DNA of 64,000 nt from a virus. Taxonomy: Duplodnaviria; Caudoviricetes. The DNA lies in the IMG/VR virus record IMGVR_UViG_3300025372_000010, positions 1 to 64,000 of that record; one strand, given 5' to 3'. Position numbers and translations under genes: made by a program. Of the stretch, positions 18,941 to 28,313 are shown in pieces. How positions within the stretch are numbered: position 1 is the stretch's first letter; each line of letters opens with the position of its first letter. The notes under the pieces were generated by a model. That model saw only the letters and a program-made list of their open reading frames with translations, made no database searches and was not told where the DNA came from.

Positions 18941-21900
18941 ATGTCAATGGACAACGGTAGGAAGACCTCTAATCTCATAAATATTGTACAGTATGATGAA
19001 ACTACTGGTAATATAGGACTTAATGGAGTTCCTGTATCCGGGTATGGTGCATACTTACATACTACTAATAATGATGGATCTATTGGTATAGACTCTTCAG
19101 CTAGTATTAATGCTCTTTATTTATTAAAGAACGGCACTAAAAACTTTGAGATTAGTTATGATACTACTAGTACAAAGATTTTTAGATTACTTCCTTATCA
19201 ATCTACATCATTCTTTCAGATTGGTAACCCATCTAATGCTGGTACAGATTATGTATTTATATCAGAATCTACTTATGGTAATGTATTAATAGGTCCGGGT
19301 TTATCTAATGCTACAGGATATATTACTGGAGCTACTGCTTCTATACATAAGATTCAATTACATGGAGCAGTATTTGCAGATAGTTCTATACAAGCTTCTA
19401 GTTTTAAAATAACAGGAGGATCTAGTACAGGTTTCTTAAAAGCGGACGGTACTGTAGATTCTACTACATATGTTACAGGTAATCAGTCTATCTCTATTAC
19501 AGGGGATGCTACAGGTTCTGGAACAACATCAATTGCTCTTACATTAGCTAATTCAGGCGTTACTGCCGGAACTTATGGATCATCTACAGCTGTACCAGTT
19601 ATAGTGGTAGATTCTAAAGGTCGTATTACAAGTGTAAGCACATCTAGTATATCTGGTTCATTAACTTTTACAGGAGATGTAACAGGAACTGGTACTACAG
19701 GATCAACAACAACTTTAACAGTAACTAACTCAGCTGTAATAAGTAAAGTCCTAACTGGCTTATCTATTTCTGGCTCGGGTATTCTTGCAACAGACTCTAT
19801 ATTAACTGCTTTTGGTAAAATCCAAAACCAAGTGAATGGTCTTGTTGGAGGTATAATGTATCAGGGTACATGGAATGCTAGTACAAATAGTCCAGCATTA
19901 TCATCAGGCGTTGGTACAAAAGGATACATGTATAAAGTAGCCACAGCTGGTACTACTACAATAGATGGTGTGTCTCAGTGGAATATAGGTGACATGATTG
20001 TATTTGATGGTACAACATGGGATAAAATAGATGGTATTGCTAATGAGGTGGTTACAGTATTTGGTAGAACTGGTACAGTGACAGCTCAATCAGGAGATTA
20101 TACCACTACATTAGTAACAGAAGGAACAAATCTTTATTATACAGACGCAAGAGCTAGAGCAGCACATAGTTTAACAACTACAGGTTCATCCGGTGCAGCT
20201 ACATACAGTTCTTCTACAGGAGTATTTAATATTCCTAACTACACTCTATCTGGTCTTGGTGGAGAGCCTGCAATCACAGCTGGTACAACAAGTCAATACT
20301 GGAGAGGAGATAAAACATTCCAAACTTTAAATACTACAGCAGTAGCCGAAGGTACTAACTTATACTTCACTAACGCTAGAGCTCAAGGAGCCATCACTCT
20401 TACTACTACAGGTAGTTCTGGTGCTGCTACATATTCTGGTGGTACATTAAACATTCCTACTTACACATTAAGTGGTTTAGGAGGGCAGGCTGCTTTATCA
20501 GGTACAGGTTTTGTAAAGATAAGTGGTAGTACTATATCTTATGATAATAGTACATATTATTTAGCTTCTAATCCTAATTCTTATATTGCATTAACTGCAT
20601 TATCAGCTACTTCTCCTTTGTCTTATAATAACACAACAGGAGCGTTTAGTATAACTCAGGCTACAAATGCAACTAATGGATATTTAACAAGTACAGACTG
20701 GACTACGTTTAATAATAAACAAGCTGCCTTAGGTGGAACAGGATTAGTAAAATCTACGGCAGGAAGTATTACATATATAACTGATAACTCAAGTACTTGG
20801 AATAGTGGTTCAACTATTGCCAACTCCTTGAATGGCGTTTCTCCTATTAATTTTAATAGTATTACAGGAGCAATAAGTATCTCACAGGCTACGACCTCAA
20901 CGAATGGTTATTTATCAAGTACAGATTGGAATACATTTAATGGGAAACAAGCTGCGTTAAACGGAACAGGATTTGTTAAGATAAGTGGTACTACTATATC
21001 TTATGATAATAGTACATATCTTACTGGTATAACTAGTGCACAAGTTACTACAGCATTAGGCTATACTCCTTATAATTCTACTAACCCCTCAGGCTACTTG
21101 ACTGGAATTACTTCTAGTCAAGTTACAACTGCATTAGGATTTACACCATACAACGCTACTAACCCAAGTGGTTATTTAACAGGTATTACATCTTCTCAAG
21201 TAACCACAGCATTAGGTTATACCCCATACAACTCAACAAACCCATCAGGGTATATTACAAGCTCAGCACTTAGTTCTTATTTACCATTATCTGGAGGTAC
21301 ATTAACAGGAAACTTATATGGTACAAGTACATACTTTAGTGGATACTCTGATGTAAATCCAACTACAGGTGCGTTTAGATTTTATAATGGAACTACTTTT
21401 ACTGGTGGACTTGGAACTGGTTCTTGGGCTGGTCTTGGTGCATCTAATGATATTGTAATGTATTTGAATAGTGTAAACTATTATATATCAAATCAATCAA
21501 CTCAAATATTTAAGATTACTTCTGCTGGAGCTGCTACTTTTTCTGGGCATATTACAACAGGTGCATCTTCTGGATTTACATCTAGTCAAAAAGATATTAG
21601 CGGAGGTTTATTAGTTACAGGCTCTGGAATGTCAGTTACTCAAAATGATGATACTTTTTATCCGTTAATTAGTAACTATAATATTGTATCAGGACAAGGT
21701 TATTATAATTATCCTGCATTTGGTTTTATGAGACCTACAACTAATATTAATGGAGATGCTGTTATTAGTAATAGAGGTGATGGCTTAGCTACTGTATATT
21801 GGAAGTTTAAACCAAATGGTGATTTAACCATACAAGGCTCATTTAATGGTAGTGGTGCAGGATTAACTGGAACAGCAAGTTCTTTAACTGCAGGTTCAGC

Positions 21901-23269
21901 GAATGGTTTAGGTTCAGAAGCTTATTATGATCAATCTAGTAGTCCAAAAAGTTATATGCTTCAGAGTAATGGAGGAGGGGCAGGTATTTATATGGTGCCT
22001 TCTTCTAACTTTTTATCTACAAGCGGTGGAACGATTAGTGGAAGTTTAACTATAACAGGTGATTCAAATTTAGAGATGTATAAATCTCAGACAATAGATA
22101 TGTCTGGTAGTGCTTATAGTACAAGTAACTACTATCCTGTAATGATAGGTGTTAGTACAAATGGAGCTACTATACAGATTCAATGTAATCTTAATACTAA
22201 TGTTCCATCATGGTCAAACCATCCTGCTGGTTTTACTTTAAATCTTAAATGGAGTACAACTGGTTCTGGATGGGGTGTAACTGCTGTACAAAGAGTTATT
22301 CATCAATATAACGAAGGATTTAATAATGCTACTATATGTGGAGGTATTACTCAAATGAGTACATCATCTCAAGAAGTAGTTTGGTTAAGAGGTGGTGGTG
22401 TTTATAATTTTATATACAGTAGAAACCTTAGTGCTTTTTCTTCAAGTACTACTTATACTAACCCTTATAATACTGAGTCTGTTACTCCTACATCATCAGC
22501 TCAAAATAATGTATGGAGCTCAGCTTCTCATCCTATAGGTGTATCTAATGTGTATGCTACATCAGAAATAGTAACAAGTTATAGATTTAGAACTCCTAAT
22601 ATGAGTATGGGTTATTGGGATGGTGCTAACAATAGATTAGAAGCTGATTCTACAAGACCAATGCTTATTACATCTTATGGTAGTTATTTAGCTCTTGGTA
22701 TGTCAGGTAGTGCTAATTTAACTATAAACTCATCAGGTAATGTAAGTTTAAGTGGTTGGATGAGAATGGGTCAGTTTAATAACTCACAAACTAATGGTGG
22801 AGAAGCTTGGATAGGTAGAGCATCTGATAGGCAGGTAGGTATTATGACTGTTCAACTTGGTAATAACTCAAGTTCACGATTTGAAGTAGTAGACTATGGT
22901 TGGTCAGTTGTTTTATTTAGAGCTGATGGTAATGGTAACTGTACAGCATCTGGAGATATTACAGCTTATTCTGATAAAAGAGTTAAGGAAAATATTGTTC
23001 GCATAGATTCAGCTTTAGATAAGGTAAAAGCTATTAATGGTTATTATTATAATAGAACTGATATTGCAGATAAAACAAAGAAAATTGGTTTTATAGCTCA
23101 GGAAGTTTTAAATGTAGTTCCTGAAATAGTTAATTATGATAATAAAGAAGATAGATATTCTATATCTTATGGTAATACTGCAGCTTTGCTTGTAGAAGCT
23201 ATAAAAGAACAACAAGGTCAAATAGAAGATCTTAAAAAACAAATTGAATACCTAGTAGAAAATAAATAA
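18941..23269 (+). CDS. Second long tail fibre with C-terminal intramolecular chaperone (peptidase S74)
   Basis: 1442 aa; YSDKRVKEN..GFIAQEV..PE.V..YG...LLVEAIKEQQ; EGTNLY repeats; YQGTWNASTNSP domain. Confidence 0.9.
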   Translation: MSMDNGRKTSNLINIVQYDETTGNIGLNGVPVSGYGAYLHTTNNDGSIGIDSSASINALYLLKNGTKNFEISYDTTSTKIFRLLPYQSTSFFQIGNPSNAGTDYVFISESTYGNVLIGPGLSNATGYITGATASIHKIQLHGAVFADSSIQASSFKITGGSSTGFLKADGTVDSTTYVTGNQSISITGDATGSGTTSIALTLANSGVTAGTYGSSTAVPVIVVDSKGRITSVSTSSISGSLTFTGDVTGTGTTGSTTTLTVTNSAVISKVLTGLSISGSGILATDSILTAFGKIQNQVNGLVGGIMYQGTWNASTNSPALSSGVGTKGYMYKVATAGTTTIDGVSQWNIGDMIVFDGTTWDKIDGIANEVVTVFGRTGTVTAQSGDYTTTLVTEGTNLYYTDARARAAHSLTTTGSSGAATYSSSTGVFNIPNYTLSGLGGEPAITAGTTSQYWRGDKTFQTLNTTAVAEGTNLYFTNARAQGAITLTTTGSSGAATYSGGTLNIPTYTLSGLGGQAALSGTGFVKISGSTISYDNSTYYLASNPNSYIALTALSATSPLSYNNTTGAFSITQATNATNGYLTSTDWTTFNNKQAALGGTGLVKSTAGSITYITDNSSTWNSGSTIANSLNGVSPINFNSITGAISISQATTSTNGYLSSTDWNTFNGKQAALNGTGFVKISGTTISYDNSTYLTGITSAQVTTALGYTPYNSTNPSGYLTGITSSQVTTALGFTPYNATNPSGYLTGITSSQVTTALGYTPYNSTNPSGYITSSALSSYLPLSGGTLTGNLYGTSTYFSGYSDVNPTTGAFRFYNGTTFTGGLGTGSWAGLGASNDIVMYLNSVNYYISNQSTQIFKITSAGAATFSGHITTGASSGFTSSQKDISGGLLVTGSGMSVTQNDDTFYPLISNYNIVSGQGYYNYPAFGFMRPTTNINGDAVISNRGDGLATVYWKFKPNGDLTIQGSFNGSGAGLTGTASSLTAGSANGLGSEAYYDQSSSPKSYMLQSNGGGAGIYMVPSSNFLSTSGGTISGSLTITGDSNLEMYKSQTIDMSGSAYSTSNYYPVMIGVSTNGATIQIQCNLNTNVPSWSNHPAGFTLNLKWSTTGSGWGVTAVQRVIHQYNEGFNNATICGGITQMSTSSQEVVWLRGGGVYNFIYSRNLSAFSSSTTYTNPYNTESVTPTSSAQNNVWSSASHPIGVSNVYATSEIVTSYRFRTPNMSMGYWDGANNRLEADSTRPMLITSYGSYLALGMSGSANLTINSSGNVSLSGWMRMGQFNNSQTNGGEAWIGRASDRQVGIMTVQLGNNSSSRFEVVDYGWSVVLFRADGNGNCTASGDITAYSDKRVKENIVRIDSALDKVKAINGYYYNRTDIADKTKKIGFIAQEVLNVVPEIVNYDNKEDRYSISYGNTAALLVEAIKEQQGQIEDLKKQIEYLVENK
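21020..21253 (+). repeat. 3 x 78-bp in-frame tandem repeat (LTGITSSQVTTALGYTPYNSTNPSGY)
   Basis: Units start at 21020, 21098 and 21176; proteins nearly identical while synonymous codons differ. Confidence 0.9.
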
Positions 23270-23271
23270 TT

Positions 23272-24123
23272 ATGAGTTTACCAAGTAGTGGTCCATTAAG
23301 TATTAGTGCAATAAAAGCAGAGCTAGGTCTTCCTAGTGTAAACTCATTAGCAGGATTAAGTAATGCTGCAAATAGAGGAGGACCTCCATATCCTATGAGT
23401 CACTTCTATGGGTATAGTGCTATGCCTAGTGGATTAGTAGCAGCTCATGATTATGGAAATTATTCTGGTACTACATGGTATGATAGTACAGGTAATGGTA
23501 ATCATATTTATATGAGTAATCCTTCTTTTGCCACTGCTACAGGATTTACTTCAAGTTCTAGTACTGACTTTTATATTAACTTAAATAGTGGAATTTGTAC
23601 AGCTACATTTACATGGTGTATGATGGTTAGATTTTTTAGTGATACAGGTAACTGGGAAGGGGTGTGGTGGTCAGAAGGAAGTTATAAAAATATAGCAGCT
23701 ATGATCTGGACGCCTTCTAATACAGGAGGATTATATCCACGTGTGGATTCTTATAATAACTCTCAAGCTGTATGGAATAGTGGATCAGGTTATTCTAATG
23801 TAGGTACATCACCTGTTAACTCAACAGGAGACTTAACTACTTATTGTCCTTTTCATATGTTAACTTTATCTTTTAGTTCTGATGGAACTGCTAAGTATTA
23901 TATTACTACAGATTCTGGAACTACTAAAATATATAACACAGCTAGTTATGGAACTAGTAGCTGGCCATGGCAAAACTATAGTCAAGCTCTTCATCTTATG
24001 TGTCAAAGTCAGGGTAGTTATTATGCAAATGCCAACTTAAGTGCTCACTATATGTTTAACCGAGAGCTTTCTACATCTGAATTAAATGCAGTATATGCTG
24101 CTAAAAAAGTAAACTATTGTTAA
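23272..24123 (+). CDS. Fibre-tip adhesin, probable ConA/LamG-like lectin domain
   Basis: N-terminal MSLPSSGPLSISAI..ELG fibre-docking motif; GLVA.HD..SGTTWYD..GNGNH and FNRELS..E...Y match LamG-like domains. Confidence 0.7.
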   Translation: MSLPSSGPLSISAIKAELGLPSVNSLAGLSNAANRGGPPYPMSHFYGYSAMPSGLVAAHDYGNYSGTTWYDSTGNGNHIYMSNPSFATATGFTSSSSTDFYINLNSGICTATFTWCMMVRFFSDTGNWEGVWWSEGSYKNIAAMIWTPSNTGGLYPRVDSYNNSQAVWNSGSGYSNVGTSPVNSTGDLTTYCPFHMLTLSFSSDGTAKYYITTDSGTTKIYNTASYGTSSWPWQNYSQALHLMCQSQGSYYANANLSAHYMFNRELSTSELNAVYAAKKVNYC

Positions 24124-24124
24124 T

Positions 24125-24319
24125 ATGACTTATTCAATCAATCTTAGACCAATCTTAAGCTTTTTAGTATTTGTACTAATAGCTTTCTTACTAATTAATT
24201 TAGTATCTTATAATAGTAGAGTTATGATGTCAGCTCCTTTACCGGGTGCTGTTCCTAATTCAGGATATGATACAATAATAGCTTCTACTCAACCAGCCCC
24301 TTTTGTACAATATAAATAG
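24125..24319 (+). CDS. Small membrane/signal-anchored protein
   Basis: Hydrophobic segment ILSFLVFVLIAFLLINLV; starts 1 nt after the upstream stop. Confidence 0.5.
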   Translation: MTYSINLRPILSFLVFVLIAFLLINLVSYNSRVMMSAPLPGAVPNSGYDTIIASTQPAPFVQYK

Positions 24320-24354
24320 AGTTATTCACAACCTGTTAATATGTCAGTGGCATG

Positions 24355-24393
24355 GTTATTGATTAATCTACCTATATTTGTATTAGATTAATC
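24355..24393 (+). promoter_or_regulatory. Bacteroidota-type -7 promoter element (TATATTTG) inside an inverted repeat
   Basis: TAnnTTTG at 24373-24380, flanked by GATTAATCTA/TAGATTAATC. Confidence 0.55.
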
Positions 24394-24408
24394 TCTTAAA
24401 ACCCCATT

Positions 24409-24942
24409 ATGGAAAAAATTACTTTAAAGTTGTTCGAGTTCTACAATCTTGATGCAGAACTTAATGGTTTAACAAACCAACAAACCGGTGAAAAGGTAGC
24501 AGCCGGTCTTTTACAAGAGAAGTTACCTTTAATTACTAAGTACTGGCTTTCTGATTTAGCTAAGAAAGCAGCAGCTGAAAAAGCAGCAGTTGAGGAGTTG
24601 AAAAACGAATTGATTAAAAAGTACGGTAAAGAAGACGATAAGGGTGGTATTTCTATCCCTATGGTTATTGACGCAACAGATGAGTCTGGAGCTGTAGTTT
24701 ACGAAACTCCTGAAACACCTGATTCTGAACCAGTTGTTAAAAAGATCTTAAACCCTGACTTTGAATCTTTTAATAAGGAGTTTAATGACTTATTACAAAC
24801 TGAGAAAGAAGTAGAGCACAATAAGTTTATGTTAGCTGACTTTGCTAATGTAGAGACTTCTGAGAACTATAATACTTTCTTCAAATTACTATCAGTTACT
24901 AACGATGATGCAAAGGTAGTTCCTATAGCTCCAGTTAAATAA
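24409..24942 (+). CDS. Acidic helical protein, probable tail-fibre assembly chaperone-like
   Basis: 177 aa; LP..TKYWL..L..ELIKKYG..D and F.KEF..LL..E.E pattern seen in small genes next to phage fibres. Confidence 0.55.
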   Translation: MEKITLKLFEFYNLDAELNGLTNQQTGEKVAAGLLQEKLPLITKYWLSDLAKKAAAEKAAVEELKNELIKKYGKEDDKGGISIPMVIDATDESGAVVYETPETPDSEPVVKKILNPDFESFNKEFNDLLQTEKEVEHNKFMLADFANVETSENYNTFFKLLSVTNDDAKVVPIAPVK

Positions 24943-24972
24943 TTAGACCGAGCCCTTTTATAATACGTGCAG

Positions 24973-25009
24973 AAAGCCATCTAGAGAAATCTAGGTGGTT
25001 TTTTGTTTT
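24973..25009 (+). terminator. Rho-independent terminator
   Basis: AAAGCCATCTAGA-GAAA-TCTAGGTGGTTT followed by TTTGTTTT. Confidence 0.9.
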
Positions 25010-25024
25010 ATAGATCTTTTTTCC

Positions 25025-25040
25025 GTATATTATATTGTAG
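25025..25040 (+). promoter_or_regulatory. Putative late promoter, copy 3
   Basis: GTATATTATATTGTAG directly after a terminator. Confidence 0.6.
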
Positions 25041-25065
25041 ACTTATACACCCAAAACATATAAAT

Positions 25066-25566
25066 ATGGCATTAAAAATAACTACCCAAATCGGGACTGA
25101 CAAAGGTATTACATCTGAAGCTTATGTACGTATTGCTGATTATCAAATCAACAAGTATGGCTCAGCTAACTTTCGTTTAGAAATCTATCAAACAGAAGCT
25201 GATGTACCTAATTTAACACAATCTGCTGGAAGTTATCCTGCTCCTATTATGGGAGGTGGAATAGCTCATAACCAACAAATTGGAGATAACTTATTGGTTA
25301 CTTTAACTAAACAAGTTGATGCTACAAGAACAGTAACTAGACCTGTTCAAGTAGTTGTTACTCCTGCTGTTATGGCTCAGGATGGTGTAACTATTGTTAC
25401 TCCTGCTGTTACTAATTGGGAAGATCAAGAAACAACAGAAACTTATCAAGTGACTGTTCCTGACATGTCTTCAGTAGAATCTGGAACAATCTTTGCTTTT
25501 GGTTATAGTCACTTAAAAACTAAGTTAGTTGACTTGTTTGGTGCTGACCATGTAGCTGATTGCTAA
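25066..25566 (+). CDS. Hypothetical virion-associated protein (true start probably ATG 25066, MALKITT...)
   Basis: The track's TTG start overlaps the terminator; ATG 25066 has an A-rich leader. GIT.EAYVRI and FAFGY..LK motifs. Confidence 0.7.
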   Translation: MALKITTQIGTDKGITSEAYVRIADYQINKYGSANFRLEIYQTEADVPNLTQSAGSYPAPIMGGGIAHNQQIGDNLLVTLTKQVDATRTVTRPVQVVVTPAVMAQDGVTIVTPAVTNWEDQETTETYQVTVPDMSSVESGTIFAFGYSHLKTKLVDLFGADHVADC

Positions 25567-25585
25567 TATAACTAATTGATAGTTA

Positions 25586-25666
25586 ATGGCTTATCTATAT
25601 AGACATATCAGGTTAGATAAAAACGAACCTTTTTATAAAAGACAAACAGCAGGAGGATCCATGTAG
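25586..25666 (+). pseudogene. Internally deleted homing endonuclease relic (GIY-YIG-like N-terminus fused to NUMOD1-like C-terminus)
   Basis: Reads MAYLYRHIRLDKNEPFY-KRQTAGGSM*. The first 17 aa match the start of phage GIY-YIG-like enzymes (truncated just before YIG); KRxTAGG matches NUMOD1 ends. Confidence 0.7.
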
Positions 25667-25694
25667 ATTCTAGACTGCAGAAAAGATAATAAAC

Positions 25695-26912
25695 ATGTTA
25701 GCAACAAAATCTAATACTGCTGATAAGGGATGCTCTCCTGTATCTTCTAACTGTGTCATTTGGCAGGGTCCCAACCTGTCATGTATCAACCTTTGCAACG
25801 GTGATACCATATCTGATGTTACTTACAAGATTGCGACTGCACTTTGTACCATCCAAACTGCTTATGATTTAACTAACTTAGATCTAAGCTGTCTTACTAC
25901 TTTCTGTACTAATGTTACAGGACCTAGTTCGAGATCCCTTCCAGCAGTATTGGAGTTTATTGTTCAAAAGATTTGTTGTATAGAAGGTCAGATAGTTAGT
26001 CCACAAGATAATACTACTTATACAGAGCCTTATTTAACACTACCTACTTGTTTACAATATACAAATGCTCAAGGACAAACTGTAACAAGTCTTATACATA
26101 ATCAGTTTACTTTAACAATGGCTACCAAAGTTTGTTCTTTGTCAGCTACTGTTTCTACTCATAGTTCTCAGATAACTACTTTACAAAGTCAAGTAGCAGC
26201 TTTACAAGCAGCTGGTGGATATACATTACCTACAATGGTTCCTAAATGTGTTCTTCCTTCTATTGCTACTCCTATAGACCAAGTGTTGGTTGCTGTAGAA
26301 ACTCAGTTCTGTAACTTAGTTACTACATTAGGATCTAATGCATTATTGACTGCAGCTTCTGCTCAACAATGTGCTGGTCTTGCTTCAGCTCCTGCTTTAA
26401 GTTCTACAGGTACAATGAGCTCACTAACTGGTTGGAATTCAACTGTTACTAATGTAGCTCAGTCTTTACAAAACTTATGGATTACTGTATGTGATATTAG
26501 ATCAGCTGTATCTACTTTATCTGCATCTAATGGTGCTGTAAACTGTAGTCAGTTTATCTTAGGATTCACAGCAGCTACTAATAGTGATCGTAGTCAAGTA
26601 ACATTATTCTTTAATGCAAACACTACTATCCCATCTGGATTTGCTAACTGTAACCAACAAGGTTCAGTAGTAACTATTACTGATGGTCAAGGTCATACTT
26701 ATACAGGATATGTAGATTTAATTGCTGCATCTACTAACTCTGGTGGAGTAACATTTACTGTTTCTTCTGCTAGCTTGAATACATCTCAACCTTACACTGT
26801 AACAGTTAATGGTTGTATTTCTAAGAATGGTCAAACATGTTCTAAAACAGCTACATACACTGTTTCTGTTCCTTGTCCAGTAGTAAGTGGTGTATCTGCA
26901 ACATTAATCTAA
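25695..26912 (+). CDS. Cys-rich fibre protein (probable head fibre)
   Basis: More than 20 Cys; C..SSNCVIWQGPNLSC..NGD motif; short coiled coil; Ig/FN3-like C-terminus. Confidence 0.65.
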   Translation: MLATKSNTADKGCSPVSSNCVIWQGPNLSCINLCNGDTISDVTYKIATALCTIQTAYDLTNLDLSCLTTFCTNVTGPSSRSLPAVLEFIVQKICCIEGQIVSPQDNTTYTEPYLTLPTCLQYTNAQGQTVTSLIHNQFTLTMATKVCSLSATVSTHSSQITTLQSQVAALQAAGGYTLPTMVPKCVLPSIATPIDQVLVAVETQFCNLVTTLGSNALLTAASAQQCAGLASAPALSSTGTMSSLTGWNSTVTNVAQSLQNLWITVCDIRSAVSTLSASNGAVNCSQFILGFTAATNSDRSQVTLFFNANTTIPSGFANCNQQGSVVTITDGQGHTYTGYVDLIAASTNSGGVTFTVSSASLNTSQPYTVTVNGCISKNGQTCSKTATYTVSVPCPVVSGVSATLI

Positions 26913-26913
26913 A

Positions 26914-27195
26914 ATGGCATCTGTACATATTACATGGACCCCTGGGTCTGGTAATACCGGACAAGATGTACAATATAAGTTGTCTACCTCATCTACTTGG
27001 ATTTTATTTCAAAGTGTGAGCTCAACAACAAATAGCGTAGTTATTTCAGGACTATTAGATAGTCATATATATAATGTTAGGATTTTAAACTATTGTGCAG
27101 GAAGTGGAGCAGCTTCTCCAGGACCTACAATAAATGTAAATACTACTCCATCTAGTTGTAATCCTCCTTCAGGAGTTAGTGCAACTTTAGCTTAA
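26914..27195 (+). CDS. Single FN3-domain protein
   Basis: ITWT..VQYK..W..ISGL....YNVRI..C is the FN3 pattern. Confidence 0.8.
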   Translation: MASVHITWTPGSGNTGQDVQYKLSTSSTWILFQSVSSTTNSVVISGLLDSHIYNVRILNYCAGSGAASPGPTINVNTTPSSCNPPSGVSATLA

Positions 27196-27215
27196 TAATA
27201 TAAAACTTTTTAGAT

Positions 27216-27869
27216 ATGTCATGTGGTTGTAACGATAGTCCTCTTCCTCTTTCAAACTGTAATCCTTGTGCAGGTTGTGCACCAGCGAATGCAACAAGCT
27301 TACCTCCATGTGCTAATGGAGAACCTTGTGAAGAGATTGTAACTTCTGATTGTACTCAATATGTAGGACCTAATCTTCCTGCATTAGGTGTACTTAATGG
27401 AGACCGTTTATTAACAGTATTGACTAAACTACATAAACTAGCTAATAGTTTAATTCAAACTCCTATTGTATATACTAACTTTACTGTAACTGCAACTACT
27501 GCAGTTCCTTTCATAGTTAACTATTTGGGACTTGGTCCTGTATATACATCTACTGCTGGAGCAACTAGTTCTAATACAACTATTACAGTTGGTAGTACTA
27601 CAGGTTTAGCAGTTGGTATGGTTGTTTCTGTTAAATCAGGAACTGGTGCTTTTGCTGCTAATACTACAGTAACAGCTATTCAAGGTACTACACAATTTGT
27701 AGTGAATACACCACCTACTACAGCTTTATCAGGAGGTCAAACTATAATCACAGCTCATGGTTCTACTCATACTCCATTTACAGTGACTGTTTTACAAAAT
27801 GCTCCACAAACTATTGGTGCTTTTGTAGGTTCTCCTGTAATAGTATCTGGAACCGGAACTATTGTATAA
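27216..27869 (+). CDS. Cys-rich fibre protein paralogous to 25695
   Basis: CEEI..SDC..Y.GPNL....NGD motif; beta insert similar to the one in 7557..8900. Confidence 0.65.
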   Translation: MSCGCNDSPLPLSNCNPCAGCAPANATSLPPCANGEPCEEIVTSDCTQYVGPNLPALGVLNGDRLLTVLTKLHKLANSLIQTPIVYTNFTVTATTAVPFIVNYLGLGPVYTSTAGATSSNTTITVGSTTGLAVGMVVSVKSGTGAFAANTTVTAIQGTTQFVVNTPPTTALSGGQTIITAHGSTHTPFTVTVLQNAPQTIGAFVGSPVIVSGTGTIV

Positions 27870-27881
27870 AAACCATAACTT

Positions 27882-28304
27882 ATGTCTTGTTCTACATTCA
27901 AAACGCTTAATATATCATTTGTAGCTCCATCTATTGCTCCAGCTAATGGATACATAATTCGTTGGAGAATTGTTGGAGATACCACTTGGAATGCACCAGC
28001 TAATCAATATGGTAATCCTATACAAGTGGCTAATATACCATCTTGTTATAATATTGAAGGATTTATTCAAGCAGATTGTGGTAACGGAAATACAGGTAAT
28101 CCTGTAAACTTTGCAATCACTTCTTCTAGTAGTGCATGTTGGCAGTTTACTTTACAATCTACTGCTAATTATACATATACTCCTTGTGGATCTAATATAC
28201 CTCAAACAATAACAAATACATCTGGATCACCTCAAACTATATGTGCTATTGATGGTACTGTATCTGGAGGTAGCTATTCTAGAACTGTTTCTTGTAATGT
28301 ATAA
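27882..28304 (+). CDS. FN3-like Cys-rich protein
   Basis: ISF....APANGY.IRWR..W..IQADCG, then a Y.YTPC...ICA module. Confidence 0.65.
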   Translation: MSCSTFKTLNISFVAPSIAPANGYIIRWRIVGDTTWNAPANQYGNPIQVANIPSCYNIEGFIQADCGNGNTGNPVNFAITSSSSACWQFTLQSTANYTYTPCGSNIPQTITNTSGSPQTICAIDGTVSGGSYSRTVSCNV

Positions 28305-28313
28305 TAATTACTA

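Noticed and set aside
18935-18943. In-frame TAG-ACT-ATG between the two long fibres, suggesting amber recoding or read-through as in some crAss-like phages
   Set aside because: Both genes end in their own complete S74 chaperone, and all large ORFs are intact under the standard code, so there is no sign of TAG reassignment.
21020-21253. CRISPR-like array
   Set aside because: These are in-frame coding tandem repeats without spacers.
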